Source: an uncultured delta proteobacterium
GTDB lineage: Bacteria > Desulfobacterota > Syntrophobacteria > Syntrophobacterales > Syntrophobacteraceae
DNA length: 64,000 nt
Direction of reading: 5' to 3'
NCBI GenBank assembly: GCA_963808625.1
Contig: CAWEHK010000033.1
Location: 140,745 to 204,744, forward strand
Shown: piece after piece, positions 10,065 to 20,406 of the stretch
Position numbering within the stretch: position 1 is the stretch's first letter
How the letters are laid out: the number at the start of each line of letters is the position of its first letter
Made by a program: the position numbers and the translations under genes
Notes under the pieces: generated by a model
What the model saw: the letters and a program-made list of their open reading frames with translations, nothing else
Told to the model about the DNA's origin: nothing
Databases searched by the model: none

Positions 10065-10948
10065 GAGCCCTTTTTCCCGCTGACGATGGGACGAAGCAAC
10101 TGGGGGAAGTCCGTGAAGATCCCGTTCACCCCCCTGGCGATCAGGGAATGCATCGTTCTTTCGTCATTTGCGACCCAGACCAGGACCGCGATGCCCCGTT
10201 CACGCAGAAGCGGAAGATCCTCTGTGTGGAGAGCAGAAACGCGTGGGTGATAGGATGTGGCTTCCTGGTCCAGCGCGAGCCCGACAGGATTGAGAGGGCG
10301 GTGCTCGACCAGGACCCCTGTTGGAATGGCGGGATTCAAGGCTTTCACCTGCTTCAGGTAGCGGTGGTTGAATGATGAGATGAGGATGCGATCGGTCATT
10401 TCGAGCCTCGCCACCAGCCCCATGACCTTCGCGACGATCTCGCGGTCGCCGGGGCCGCCCCGCAGGTCCTTGATTTCAATGTTGACATACCATTCATGAG
10501 CCAGGGTAAATTGCAGTGCTTCGTCAAGAGTCGGCGCCCGTTCGCCTCGATAACTCTGCAAATCCTTCTCGGACACGACCCCGGCGGCAACTTGACCAAA
10601 GGGGTCCTCTTTTGCGAACCATGATCCGAAATCCAGGCGCCGGATTTCTTCGAGCGTGAATTCGCGCACCCGCCACGGCCGGCGCGATGGAAACACGTGT
10701 GCCGCATTGGACGTGCGCTTAAGGCTCTCGTCATGAATGACAATCGGCTGGCCGTCTGCCGTCATCATCACGTCCAATTCCCACAGATCCGCTCCTTCCC
10801 TCAGGGCTCTCAGCGCAGCAGACAGGGTATTCTCGGGGGCCAGGGAACGCGCTCCCCGGTGAGCGATATTTAGCATCCGGCCTTCGGCAATGGTATCGAG
10901 TAATGATTTCATGCGCGCATAAAGGGTTGTCGGTCCTGTTCGGCTCAC
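10061..10948 (-). CDS. Glycerophosphodiester phosphodiesterase
   Basis: IAHRGARSLAPENT, ELDV, IHD, NIEIK, GIFTDFP. Confidence 0.92.
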   Translation of the reverse strand: MSRTGPTTLYARMKSLLDTIAEGRMLNIAHRGARSLAPENTLSAALRALREGADLWELDVMMTADGQPIVIHDESLKRTSNAAHVFPSRRPWRVREFTLEEIRRLDFGSWFAKEDPFGQVAAGVVSEKDLQSYRGERAPTLDEALQFTLAHEWYVNIEIKDLRGGPGDREIVAKVMGLVARLEMTDRILISSFNHRYLKQVKALNPAIPTGVLVEHRPLNPVGLALDQEATSYHPRVSALHTEDLPLLRERGIAVLVWVANDERTMHSLIARGVNGIFTDFPQLLRPIVSGKKGS

Positions 10949-11452
10949 TCCAGCAACTGCCGCATCTGTTCGAAGAGGGCGAGCATGTCCTTTCGGTATT
11001 GCTCGGGGAGCACCGGGAGGCGCTTCTCCGAGAGGTACACCATCTCAGCATGCCCTTCCGCCAGTTTCGTCCCCTCGGCGTCGAGGAGAGAACCTCTTGT
11101 GGAGCAACCCTTGGGAGCAAAATCGGTTTCGATTTCACCTACAGCCGTTAAGGGTACATTCACCCGAACCGGCCGCAAATAGTGTACTCCAATGCTGCGC
11201 GTGACGAAGAAAACGCGGCGAAAGGCAAGAACCGTCCAGCCCATGATTTCATCCAGGATGGTAGAAATCATGCCGCCATGCGCAAGGTTTTCCCATCCCA
11301 TGTGGTGTTTGCTCAACGTGACATCCGACCGCACCGTTTTTCCCACGCAATAGAATGACATATTAAGCCCCAGGGGATTCTCGCTGCCACAGCCAATACA
11401 GCGGTTGCCTTTGAGTTTCGGTAGATACTTCCTTTCGGATCTGAGTCATCAT
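10945..11452 (-). CDS. PaaI-family thioesterase (frameshift near start)
   Basis: CIGCGSENPLGL and AHGGMISTILDEIMG. Confidence 0.85.
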
Positions 11453-11677
11453 AACCAGGGGTCCCTCCACCTTTCAGGTCAGCTTTTCGATTCTTATAGC
11501 TCACCTTGCCGCCGATTGCGATGCTGACATAAATGGTTTATCACGCTTTTCCCAATTGATTTGCTCCTCGATGGACAAGAAATGCTCCACGAAAAGCTTG
11601 ATCAGTAATCTAAATCCTAACAGGATTTCTGAGAATCTCGCCACCCTTTTTAGGGGTCTCTCTTCTACCCAAATCTT

Positions 11678-11705
11678 GTTTGACATAAAATGCATTATGT
11701 AAATA
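11678..11705 (+). promoter_or_regulatory. dif/Xer-like recombination site upstream of the tyrosine recombinase
   Basis: GTTTGACATAA-AATGCA-TTATGTAAATA: 11-6-11 inverted arms resembling the XerD arm TTATGTTAAAT. Confidence 0.65.
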
Positions 11706-11775
11706 ATCTGGAGGCGGGTTTTGGAGCGCAAAAATGCTCCTAACTGACTGCCTCCAAACCGGTTAGAAAGAAAAT

Positions 11776-12721
11776 ATGAAAACCAAAAAACAACTGCTGG
11801 TGCCGACAGCAGCACCCGGGACGGCGGCGCCGATCCCCGAAGAGTCCGTGTGGCTGAAAAATTTTGTGTCGCCACGGACCCGGCAAACCTATCTCAATGC
11901 GGTGCGCGAGTTCATCGGCTTTCATCAAATCACTGATCCCGCGGAGTTGCGGACAATCAACCAGGCGCATGTTATCAGCTGGCGGGATTTTTTGATCGAA
12001 TCCGGTGCCACCCCCAAAACTATTCACAACCGCATCTCGGCCGTGTCATCGCTCTTCAAACATTTGTGCGAGCGCCAGGTGGCGAAAAGAAACCCGACCG
12101 TGGGAGTCAAGCGCCCGCATGTCGACAGCAGCCAGGTCAAAACTCCGGTCATCACTCCCGAGCAGGTAAGAAAAATGCTCGACGTCCCTGCTCCGAAAAA
12201 ACTTCAAGGGCTGCGCGACCAGGCGGTCCTCCACATTCTTTTTTACACGGGATGTCGGATCAGCGAAGTGTGTTCGCTCAAGGTCAAAGATTTCTACGAA
12301 GATGGCGGCTACTTTGTTTTGGATTTTCTGGTGAAGGGTGGAAAAAGAAATCGCCTGGCCATTCATCCAGGAGCTGCAGCTGGTTCTCAAAAACTATCTG
12401 GAGGCCTCCGGGCACCAACACAAACCGGAGGCACCTTTAATTCTCGCGGCCAAGAAGAAAACCGGCCGCAAGGAGCTCGCTCCCCTCTCCCGCCAGCAGA
12501 TGCACAACCTCTTTATGCGCTATGCCCAAAAAGCCGGATTGCCCCAGGGCGTCCGGCCGCACACGGCCCGGGCAACTTTCATCACCCAAGCGCTGGAAAA
12601 GAAGTGTCCCATCGAGGCCGTCCAAAGAAGCGTCGGCCACAGCCGGATCTCCACTACCCAGATGTATGACAAGCGGATTCTCAAACACCGGGAGAGCGCC
12701 AGCTTTGCGGTAGTTTACTAA
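11776..12721 (+). CDS. Tyrosine recombinase (XerC/D-like), copy 1, full length; +1 frameshift near 12370
   Basis: N-terminal SAM-like domain, GCRISE, KGG, HTAR, GHS, TQMY; one extra G relative to copy 3. Confidence 0.92.
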
Positions 12722-12768
12722 CCGGTTTAAAGATTGGGAGAAGATACTGGTAGGTGGATTCATTTTTT

Positions 12769-12999
12769 TCAGTTGAGAATCGCAAAGAGCTGGTTTCCTC
12801 GTCTGGCCAGTCCGCAACTTTCGCCGAAGAGCGCGTAGTCCTTGAGCACGTCGCCGGCTACGGTATGGATGAGCTCGGCCAGGTGAAAGTGAGAAACAGG
12901 GGTGTAACTGTCAGTCGCCTCGGGAATCTTGATTAGGTCAAGTTCCTGCCGAGATACTAACTTGCTGCCGTTCTTCTCGTCGATTGATAGTCCTTGCAT
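12769..12999 (-). pseudogene. DUF932-like protein, N-terminal fragment
   Basis: PEATDSYTPVSH..GNQLFAIL; GGAGG RBS; ends after 76 aa. Confidence 0.6.
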
Positions 13000-13340
13000 G
13001 GTTTACCTCCTAGATTGAGATATGCTGTTCCTTTTGGGAAAACGTGAACTTTTTCAATCGTTCCCCCCACGGAAACAGGAATGGAGGTAACCGTGTTTGT
13101 TAAATTCTTCACTTGCTACTGTAAATTAATTCGTTCCGCTAGATACGAATATCGTTTTACGTCACTAGAAGTAATTTATTAACGACTTGATAAGTGGTTG
13201 TTGATTGATAATTGTGCCAAACATCACAAGCTATATGAAACTACAACTGCTACTGGAATGATTTTTTTGATTGAATATCGAAACTGATTCTGCTACTATG
13301 GTCCGAAATGATGAAGGTTATTATTGACGATGGAGAGGAG

Positions 13341-13700
13341 ATGGCCATGGCTTTCAAGAAATTCACTCAGGTGGGCGCGCGGTCCTTCACGCCCAAGGTG
13401 GGAATCTGGGCGAAGGGCCAGGTGGGATTCAACAAGGGAGCGGTCGAAAAATGGAAACTCGGCCAGTACAGCTATGTGGTCCTGTACTATGACGACGACG
13501 CCAAGCAGATCGGAGTGCAGTTCACTAACGACGAAAATGCGGAAGGAGTAATTAAGATTATCAAACGGGCAACTGGAATATCGTTCTCAGCCAACTCATT
13601 CCTGAAGCATTTCGAAATTGTCATTCCACAGGATAAGCAACAGTACGATGTGAAGTTTGACAACGAGGAGAAAATGTGTATAATCGATCTTCCAAAATAG
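13341..13700 (+). CDS. Hypothetical phage/MGE-type protein
   Basis: Clean ORF with RBS GAGGAG, MAFKKFTQVGARSFTPKVGI. Confidence 0.75.
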   Translation: MAMAFKKFTQVGARSFTPKVGIWAKGQVGFNKGAVEKWKLGQYSYVVLYYDDDAKQIGVQFTNDENAEGVIKIIKRATGISFSANSFLKHFEIVIPQDKQQYDVKFDNEEKMCIIDLPK

Positions 13701-13882
13701 GAACGGCCGGGTTGACTGGCGGGTCAACTCAGCCGCTTAACGCCGTGGCGACTCTAATTTGCCAGAGTCTCCACCGAAGCCACCCCGGTGAAGGGGTCCT
13801 ATCGTATGCAAGCAGTAAGATTATAGGCACCGGGTGGGTTCGTCAAGGCCAAAATTTGGCAGATAGGAAGGAGGTGGCCCAC

Positions 13883-13999
13883 CTGGCTGATAACAAGGAA
13901 AAGGACGTGATCTTCGTCCGCTACTTCCGACACTACCGAACGGGTAAGATTGTTTACCCGAAGAAAGGTGAGTTCATTAAGATCGTAATTAAGAAATAA
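13883..13999 (+). CDS. Small basic protein (about 38 aa), probable CTG or GTG start
   Basis: GGAGGT RBS 7 nt before CTG; VIFVRYFRHYRTGKIVYPKKG; terminator follows. Confidence 0.55.
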   Translation: MADNKEKDVIFVRYFRHYRTGKIVYPKKGEFIKIVIKK

Positions 14000-14048
14000 T
14001 CCTCGGCGCAATGGTCCGGACAGCCCCTTCCGGATCGCGCCTCATACT

Positions 14049-14079
14049 CCGCCCAGGTCCGCCTGGGCGGTTTCATTTT
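14049..14079 (+). terminator. Intrinsic terminator
   Basis: CCGCCCAGG-TCCG-CCTGGGCGG followed by TTTCATTTT. Confidence 0.75.
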
Positions 14080-14126
14080 GTTACTAATTTCAAAGAACTT
14101 ATACTTTCCGCGCAATCTCGGGTCAG

Positions 14127-14370
14127 GCTCGCTCCCCTCTCCCGCCAGCAGATGCACAACCTCTTTATGCGCTATGCCAAAAAAGCCGGATTGCCCCAGG
14201 GCGTCCGGCCGCACACGGCCCGGCAACTTTCATCACCCAAGCGCTGGAAAAGAAGTGTCCCATCGAGGCCGTGCAGGGAGCTCCGCCATAGCCGGATCTC
14301 CACAACACAGATGTATGATAAGCGAACTTTGAAGCACCGAGAGAGCGCCAGCTTTGCGGTGGTGTACTGA
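14127..14370 (+). pseudogene. Tyrosine recombinase 3' fragment, copy 2
   Basis: Near-identical to 12475-12721 (LAPLSRQQMHNLF...HRESASFAVVY). Confidence 0.92.
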
Positions 14371-14734
14371 ACAGCTCATCAGGATGATTTGTGGCTGGTT
14401 GCAGAAATCTTAGGGGTTTGGTTTACTTGTCTGGAACAGCATTGCCCCCCCATGAATAATCTGCTCGAAATCCTTGAAGGCCATCCGAACTCTGTCCACT
14501 CTGGAAGGAGGCTAAATGTCACAAGCAAACATCAGAGAAGCACACCGGTGCGCGGTGCAATTGGACAGCCTTGGTGCGGAGTATTCAGACCGCGAAGTGA
14601 TGAGGCGCTGTCTTGGCAAGTGGCGGTTTGGCATCAAATTTTGCGCTATCAATTTGGTGCGCCACATCGAAATCGCGTGGATACAAATGTTATCCATCCT
14701 TAGAGGACATATATCATCAGAATAGGAGCATGTT

Positions 14735-15025
14735 ATGCGCAAAGTCTTAGTGATCGTTTCTGTCATAGTCGCATGTTGCTGGGGCGTAGCCGAGGGTCAA
14801 CTCTTGAGCAATGGCTGGGTGGTTGATGTGTCGGAGAAATATCTGACGCTAAACTCTGGCGGCGAAACCGAGAAGAAGTTCACGATCGACAGAGTTCTTA
14901 CAGTCGTCCTCAATGCGAGTTGCAAAAAAACGACCTGAAAGACTATCGAGGTTGGAGGGCTTTACACTGTTCACTCGGTCGGCGGTAACGTCGCGAAAGA
15001 AATATGGCCAGGCCCCATAAGATGA
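14735..15025 (+). CDS. Small exported protein (frameshift near 14935)
   Basis: Signal peptide MRKVLVIVSVIVACCWGVAEG; continues KTIEVGGLYTVHSVGGNVAKEI. Confidence 0.55.
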
Positions 15026-15215
15026 TTAAAGATTTTAATGCCTGCCCGTGCGGGGGATGTCGGTAACGATTTATTGTAACGCGCAGGTGTTACTCGATAA
15101 AGGGGCCGATGTCGATGTTCGGGAAAAGGACGGCAATACTGCGCTGAGAGTTGCAACCACTAAAAGAGAAACATATCAATAAATATGGTCCGTTAGGCAG
15201 AAATGGGGAAACAGG

Positions 15216-16090
15216 ATGATTAGCAAAATACGTTGGCAGCGTAGCTGTAAAGCGAGACTGATAGCGTTGTTGGTGGCTGGCATAGCGCTGTGGACGCCCA
15301 TTGCTATCGCTGGAGTGAATGAGGATTTGTTCGAAGCATCAAAGCGAGGCGATCTGCCTGAGGTCAAACGACTCATCAATAAGGGGGCCGACGTAAATGC
15401 CAAAAACAATCAAGGCTGGACCGCGTTGATGTTGGCTTCCCATAATGGCCACTTTGAAGTCGTGCAGGTGTTGCTCGATAAAGGGGCCGATGCCAATGCT
15501 AGGGAGAATAAAGGCTTTACCATATTGATGGTTGCCTGCCAGAAAGGCCACCTTGAGGTCGTGCAGACCTTGCTGGCTAAGGGTGCAGAGGTTGATGCAG
15601 AGAATGATGTGGGCGGAACCGCGTTGATGGCTGCAGCCTTCGCTGGGCACCCGGAGGTCGTGCAGGCGTTGCTCGATAAAGGGGCCGATGTCGATGCCAA
15701 GAAAAAGGCGGCAATACCGCGTTGATGGCTGCGTCCGTGAATGGCCACTTTGAGGTCGTGCAGGCGCTGATTAATAAGGGGGCGAAGGTCTATGCTAAGG
15801 AGAACAAAGGCTTTACCGCGCTGATGATGGCCGCCCAAAATGGCCACCTTGAGGTCGTTCGGATTTTGCTCCTTAAAGGTGCCGATGTCAATGCCAAGAA
15901 CAACAAAGCTACAACCGCGTTGATGTTGGCTTCCCAAAATGGCCACCTTGAGGTCGTGCAGGCGCTGATTAATAAGGGGGCGAAGGTCGTAATGCTAAAA
16001 CGAATGACGGCTCAACCGCATTGACGGCTGCGTCCGTGAATGGCCACCCTGAGGTCGTAAAACTGCTTGTCAAGGCGGGAGCAAAATAGT
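15216..16090 (+). CDS. Secreted ankyrin-repeat protein (two frameshifts)
   Basis: Signal peptide, then repeated TALMxAxxNGHxEVVxxLxxKGADVNA units. Confidence 0.9.
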
Positions 16091-16156
16091 CACCCACTAG
16101 ACCGAAACATTTTAGACATTTTGTTTTGTTACTCACCGAACGAGAAAGGTTTAGCA

Positions 16157-16585
16157 ATGAAAAGAATTGTAACTGTCGGTTTGATCGTTTCTATTTTTTG
16201 TATAACCTTTTTGTTCTCCGCAGTAGTGGCAGCGGGCCCAAAAGAAAGTGCGAAAGGTCATGACACTTCGACACTGCCAAAAGCACTAATAGGCCATTGG
16301 GCACCAACATCCACCACAACTCATTATTATTTTGATTCGAAATCCTTAATCACGATAACTGATGGCAAACGCACGGCCCTAAACTACACAGTCGTGCAAT
16401 CGAACGAGGCTGAAAACTCGATACATATCCGTGTAAGAACGCAAGAGGATAAAGGTCATGATAAACAATTAATATTTTCTTCTGACCGTAACTCATTTGA
16501 TGAGACTATTCGAATCAGGATGGGCGATAAGGTAATGTCGTTTACTTATCAATATAAATATGTTGATTCAAATACACGCCCATGA
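16157..16585 (+). CDS. Exported hypothetical protein
   Basis: Signal peptide MKRIVTVGLIVSIF, LIGHW motif, AT-rich. Confidence 0.75.
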   Translation: MKRIVTVGLIVSIFCITFLFSAVVAAGPKESAKGHDTSTLPKALIGHWAPTSTTTHYYFDSKSLITITDGKRTALNYTVVQSNEAENSIHIRVRTQEDKGHDKQLIFSSDRNSFDETIRIRMGDKVMSFTYQYKYVDSNTRP

Positions 16586-17200
16586 TTTCATCTAACCAAT
16601 AAGAATAATACTGTCTTTGATATCAAGATAAGGTAAGGCACTATAGCCGTACAGAACCTATAATGCTAGCGATCGCACGGCGGTTGAGAAGAACATAAGC
16701 CTTTATATTTTTCATGTTCTTTATCACAACGGTCAAAATACCAAAATATTATTATCCAAGCAATAGCACAGAACGGACCCAAGGCAAGAGTTAAACCCAA
16801 AAGCGCATAACACCACTTCGTTATAGTGTCCATTCTCTCATTTTCGTATTTACGGCATTCTTCACGGCACAGTCGCAAGTGCTTGCCGCTCTCTCCTGTT
16901 TCGCATCCAACACTAACACTAGTAAGTGTGACTAAGCCAACGAAGGTCTTAATGATGGTTACACATGCCTCCCGCCTAGATAGGATGATGAAGTCGGGTT
17001 TGGACAATGGACACTCCCTTTCCCTTCGCATCTGCGATCAATTCGGCCAGTGAAATAACCCGCTGATCGAGGGCATGTGCCTTTGAGAACTATACTTATT
17101 CCAGTCCAGTTATTGGCTCAGCACTGTTCCAATAAGCAACATATTCCAGAAGGACCGCCTCGGTGACACGGCCAAGCTATGGAGTTCTCACAGAATCCAT

Positions 17201-17746
17201 TTATTCTTCATTGAAATAAGGGCAGAGTCTTCTCAATTTGTCATTAGTATATGTCGAACCAGGATATAATTCCATCCTACACGAGACTGTTTTTGTCTCT
17301 CCAACTACTTGTTGCCCACCAGTTACTTGTTTTCTATACTCTGATCCTCCTGCCTTCATGGTTATACGCGTTGTTTGGGGACTGTTCCATATTTGATAAA
17401 TTACGTGATCTCTGTATATAATAGTATGCTTCCCTGGCGCTAAATAAATATCTTGAGTTTCATAATCCCACGATTGGTTTAGACGTGGAAAGAAACAATA
17501 TGTTTTAGGGATGTCAAATGAATCGATTTTTTGGATAATAAAACCGTTAATGATAGGAATATGTTTAATCAGCACCATGTTACCTTTTGGAATTTCACTT
17601 ACAGATGAAGGAAGGTAGATAGTCACAGGACCACAAGAAGAACATCCTATTGTAATCGTGCACACCAGTACTAGGAGACAATAATGTAGCTTAATGATTA
17701 GTTGTATGATAATAATCGTTGTATTATTTCTATCTGATTTTCTCAT
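17201..17746 (-). CDS. Putative lipoprotein, paralogue of 18689-19261
   Basis: Lipobox-like TIGC; DIYLAPGKHT. Confidence 0.7.
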   Translation of the reverse strand: MRKSDRNNTTIIIIQLIIKLHYCLLVLVCTITIGCSSCGPVTIYLPSSVSEIPKGNMVLIKHIPIINGFIIQKIDSFDIPKTYCFFPRLNQSWDYETQDIYLAPGKHTIIYRDHVIYQIWNSPQTTRITMKAGGSEYRKQVTGGQQVVGETKTVSCRMELYPGSTYTNDKLRRLCPYFNEE

Positions 17747-17967
17747 TTTAGACCCTTCCAAAAAGTAGCACGACCAATATTCTTACAAAATTACAATCTT
17801 GATAAGTTATAAGATGATGTCTCATGGTTGCGAAACTTTGTCAAGCCCTAAAGTCAGCAACGGTCAAGCACGCTAACCGTCTTCATATAGTGAGAAGTTG
17901 AAAAATGAGTCAAGTTTATGGAAAAAGGACGAACCTAACCCTTGCCTCGCAAAGAACCTTTTTGCAA

Positions 17968-18554
17968 AGGTCAAAACTCCGGTGATCACTCCCGAGCAGG
18001 TAAGAAAAATGCTCGACTCCCCTGCTCCGAAAAAACTTCAAGGGCTGCGCGACCAGGCGGTCCTCCACATTCTTTTTTACACGGGATGTAGGATCAGCGA
18101 AGTGTGTTCGCTCAAGGTCAAAGATTTCTACGAAGACGGCGGCTACTTTGTTTTGGATTTTCTGGTGAAGGGTGGAAAAAGAAATTGCCTGGCCATTCAT
18201 CCAGAGCTGCAGCTGGTTCTCAAAAACTATCTGGAGGCCTCCGGGCACCAACACAAACCGGAGGCACCTTTAATTCTCGCGGCCAAGAAGAAAACCGGCA
18301 GGAAGGCCTTCGCTCCCCTATCGCGCCAGCAGATGCACAACCTCTTTATGCGCTACGCCCAAAAAGCGGGACTGCCCCAAGGGGTCCGGCCGCATACCGC
18401 CCGGGCCACTTTCATTACCCAGGCCTTGGAAAAAAAGTGCCCCATCGAGGCGGTGCAAAGAAGCGTCGGCCATAGCCGGATCTCCACAACACAGATGTAT
18501 GACAAGCGGACACTCAAACACCGCGAATCCGCCAGCTTTGCGGTAGTGTACTAA
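17968..18554 (+). pseudogene. Tyrosine recombinase catalytic-domain fragment, copy 3
   Basis: Matches copy 1 from 12134; lacks the N-terminal domain. Confidence 0.92.
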
Positions 18555-18688
18555 GTGCTCATCAGCATGATTTCCGGGGGTCGGCTCACTTTTCTCTTGA
18601 CGGCATCTATCCTTCAAACATAAGATTCTTCGAGTTCAATAATTCATGATGACGCTTCGATATTCATTCATCCTAAAAGGAACTTAAG

Positions 18689-19261
18689 ATGGCGATAGCA
18701 GGAATTAGTAATCGGAATGTCTTTGCGAAACATTTAACCATTGGCACAAAGTGCCTACTAGTAGTTATATTCATGACTACGCTAGGATGTTCTTGTGGCC
18801 GTGGCACTCTTTACATTCCATCATCAATAAATACAATGCCTAAAAGCAATATGGTGCTGGTTGCCACCCAAGACAATTTATACTTGCCTACAATAGCTAG
18901 CGTTGATGGTGTTGATATGCGTGATAGACATTGCATTTTAAAAAATACAAAAGATTACGACATTTATTTAATGCCAGGAGCACATACCTTTCAGATTCAA
19001 ACTGCTCACTGGGAATATATAGGATCATCTAATACTGTACATATATATAAAGGTTTCATACATAGCCCAGGGGTAGGAGGAGGTCCAGATATTGTATACC
19101 CTGGAGGAGCCCATTTTAAGGCGACCGTAATCACAAAACCATGCACGTTGCAATTGGACCGTCCTGGTGGGAAATATACTCAATTGGAAGTGATGAAACT
19201 CTGCGGCCTGATTTGTACACAATATGACTGTTATCCTTACTATAATACTCCGTCAGATTAG
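18689..19261 (+). CDS. Putative lipoprotein, paralogue of 17201-17746
   Basis: Lipobox-like TLGC; DIYLMPGAHT. Confidence 0.72.
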   Translation: MAIAGISNRNVFAKHLTIGTKCLLVVIFMTTLGCSCGRGTLYIPSSINTMPKSNMVLVATQDNLYLPTIASVDGVDMRDRHCILKNTKDYDIYLMPGAHTFQIQTAHWEYIGSSNTVHIYKGFIHSPGVGGGPDIVYPGGAHFKATVITKPCTLQLDRPGGKYTQLEVMKLCGLICTQYDCYPYYNTPSD

Positions 19262-19845
19262 GAGGCGTCACTCGACCTCAATTTCCTTTAAGAAACACTT
19301 GAATTTACGAAAAGTAAAGCTTGGCTGATCGATGTGCTATGCGCCCTCAGAGAATATCCTGGAATTGCTAAAATAGTGATCACTGTGTATCAGCCTCTAT
19401 TTTGAAATCCAACAGAATTCCACACCATGCTCAGATGCTGCCCTTGCGACCTGACGTTTTAAATCATCTAAAGAATATGCTTTTTCCATTATATCGCTAT
19501 TCTTATATTTAATTGTCCACATCTTTAACGTGGCCCAATTGCAGCTCCAAGGTCATTGTAAGGTTCCTTTCGGCTAGGAGAGTTGCGAATCGAAAATTCA
19601 TTTAAGCTGAATAGTGTGTGGTTGCCAATCGGCTTCATAACTTGCCACTTGTTGCGTGCTTAGTCAACAAAGAATGCTCCCCTTCAAGAAAGAGTCGTCA
19701 GGCCACAGCCGAATCTGTTCCAACCAAAAACCCCATCTCAATTTGGGGTAGACCCAACAGTCGTGTCACCAGGGGCCATTTGGAACATGGGTGTTGAGGG
19801 AGCAATGGAACAGAAAGGCCGGGTAAAGCACCACCATTGTATTGT

Positions 19846-20388
19846 TCATCGATGATTAACAAACCAAGTACAGTAATCATCCAGTAATTCAACGTTTTTT
19901 GAGCTCTCATCTACAGGTTCCAAGTCGGCTAAGGGAAGATCGAATTTCTTTTTATCGGAAAGGCGCTGGACGTTAACGAAAATCCCTTCCGTATCATCAG
20001 AATCCTCGTAAAAATTGATTATCTTAAATTCATCAGTGTACGATGGGCGTGTCTTCTTTAGTTGTTCGTATTCCTTTTTATTGCCTGGGCCAAAGACATA
20101 ATATTCTTCCCATCTGAAGTCTTCTCTTCCTGTCACAATGCACGGTAATTCGATATTCTCTTTCAAATATTCCAGATATCTCCTGAGAGTCTCTTCATTG
20201 ACATCAGTTTGTTCTTCAACTTCAACTCCCAAAACTGCAAAGATTCTTTTGTCCTGTAGAGAGAGTTTAGCGCTACCCTTCTTGACGATTTCTTGGAGTA
20301 ATTTCTGCTTTTCCAGTTTGACCTCTGTACCACTCACTTCTGCGCCTACATTTCTCCCAAGCTTTTTCAGCCTTGATTTCTTTCCCAT
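19846..20388 (-). CDS. CcbP-like (calcium-binding protein family) passenger
   Basis: TGREDFRWEEYY, KKFDLPLADLE, LLDDYCTWFVN. Confidence 0.7.
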   Translation of the reverse strand: MGKKSRLKKLGRNVGAEVSGTEVKLEKQKLLQEIVKKGSAKLSLQDKRIFAVLGVEVEEQTDVNEETLRRYLEYLKENIELPCIVTGREDFRWEEYYVFGPGNKKEYEQLKKTRPSYTDEFKIINFYEDSDDTEGIFVNVQRLSDKKKFDLPLADLEPVDESSKNVELLDDYCTWFVNHR

Positions 20389-20406
20389 ATGCAGGTGTTC
20401 CTTCCT

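Noticed and set aside
12360..12380. Programmed frameshift in the recombinase
   Set aside because: No slippery site; copy 3 lacks the extra G and indels are common across the window.
16666..17031. Small minus-strand membrane ORF in the cargo
   Set aside because: Plausible, but start and family are unsupported, so it was not called.
11776..19700. Classical integron (IntI with attC cassettes)
   Set aside because: The recombinase lacks the IntI-specific insertion, and scattered GTTAGGC/TCTAAC words do not form paired attC hairpins.
19686..19716. Possible fourth recombinase remnant (GGCCACAGCCGAATCT, 15/16 match)
   Set aside because: Too short to distinguish from chance.
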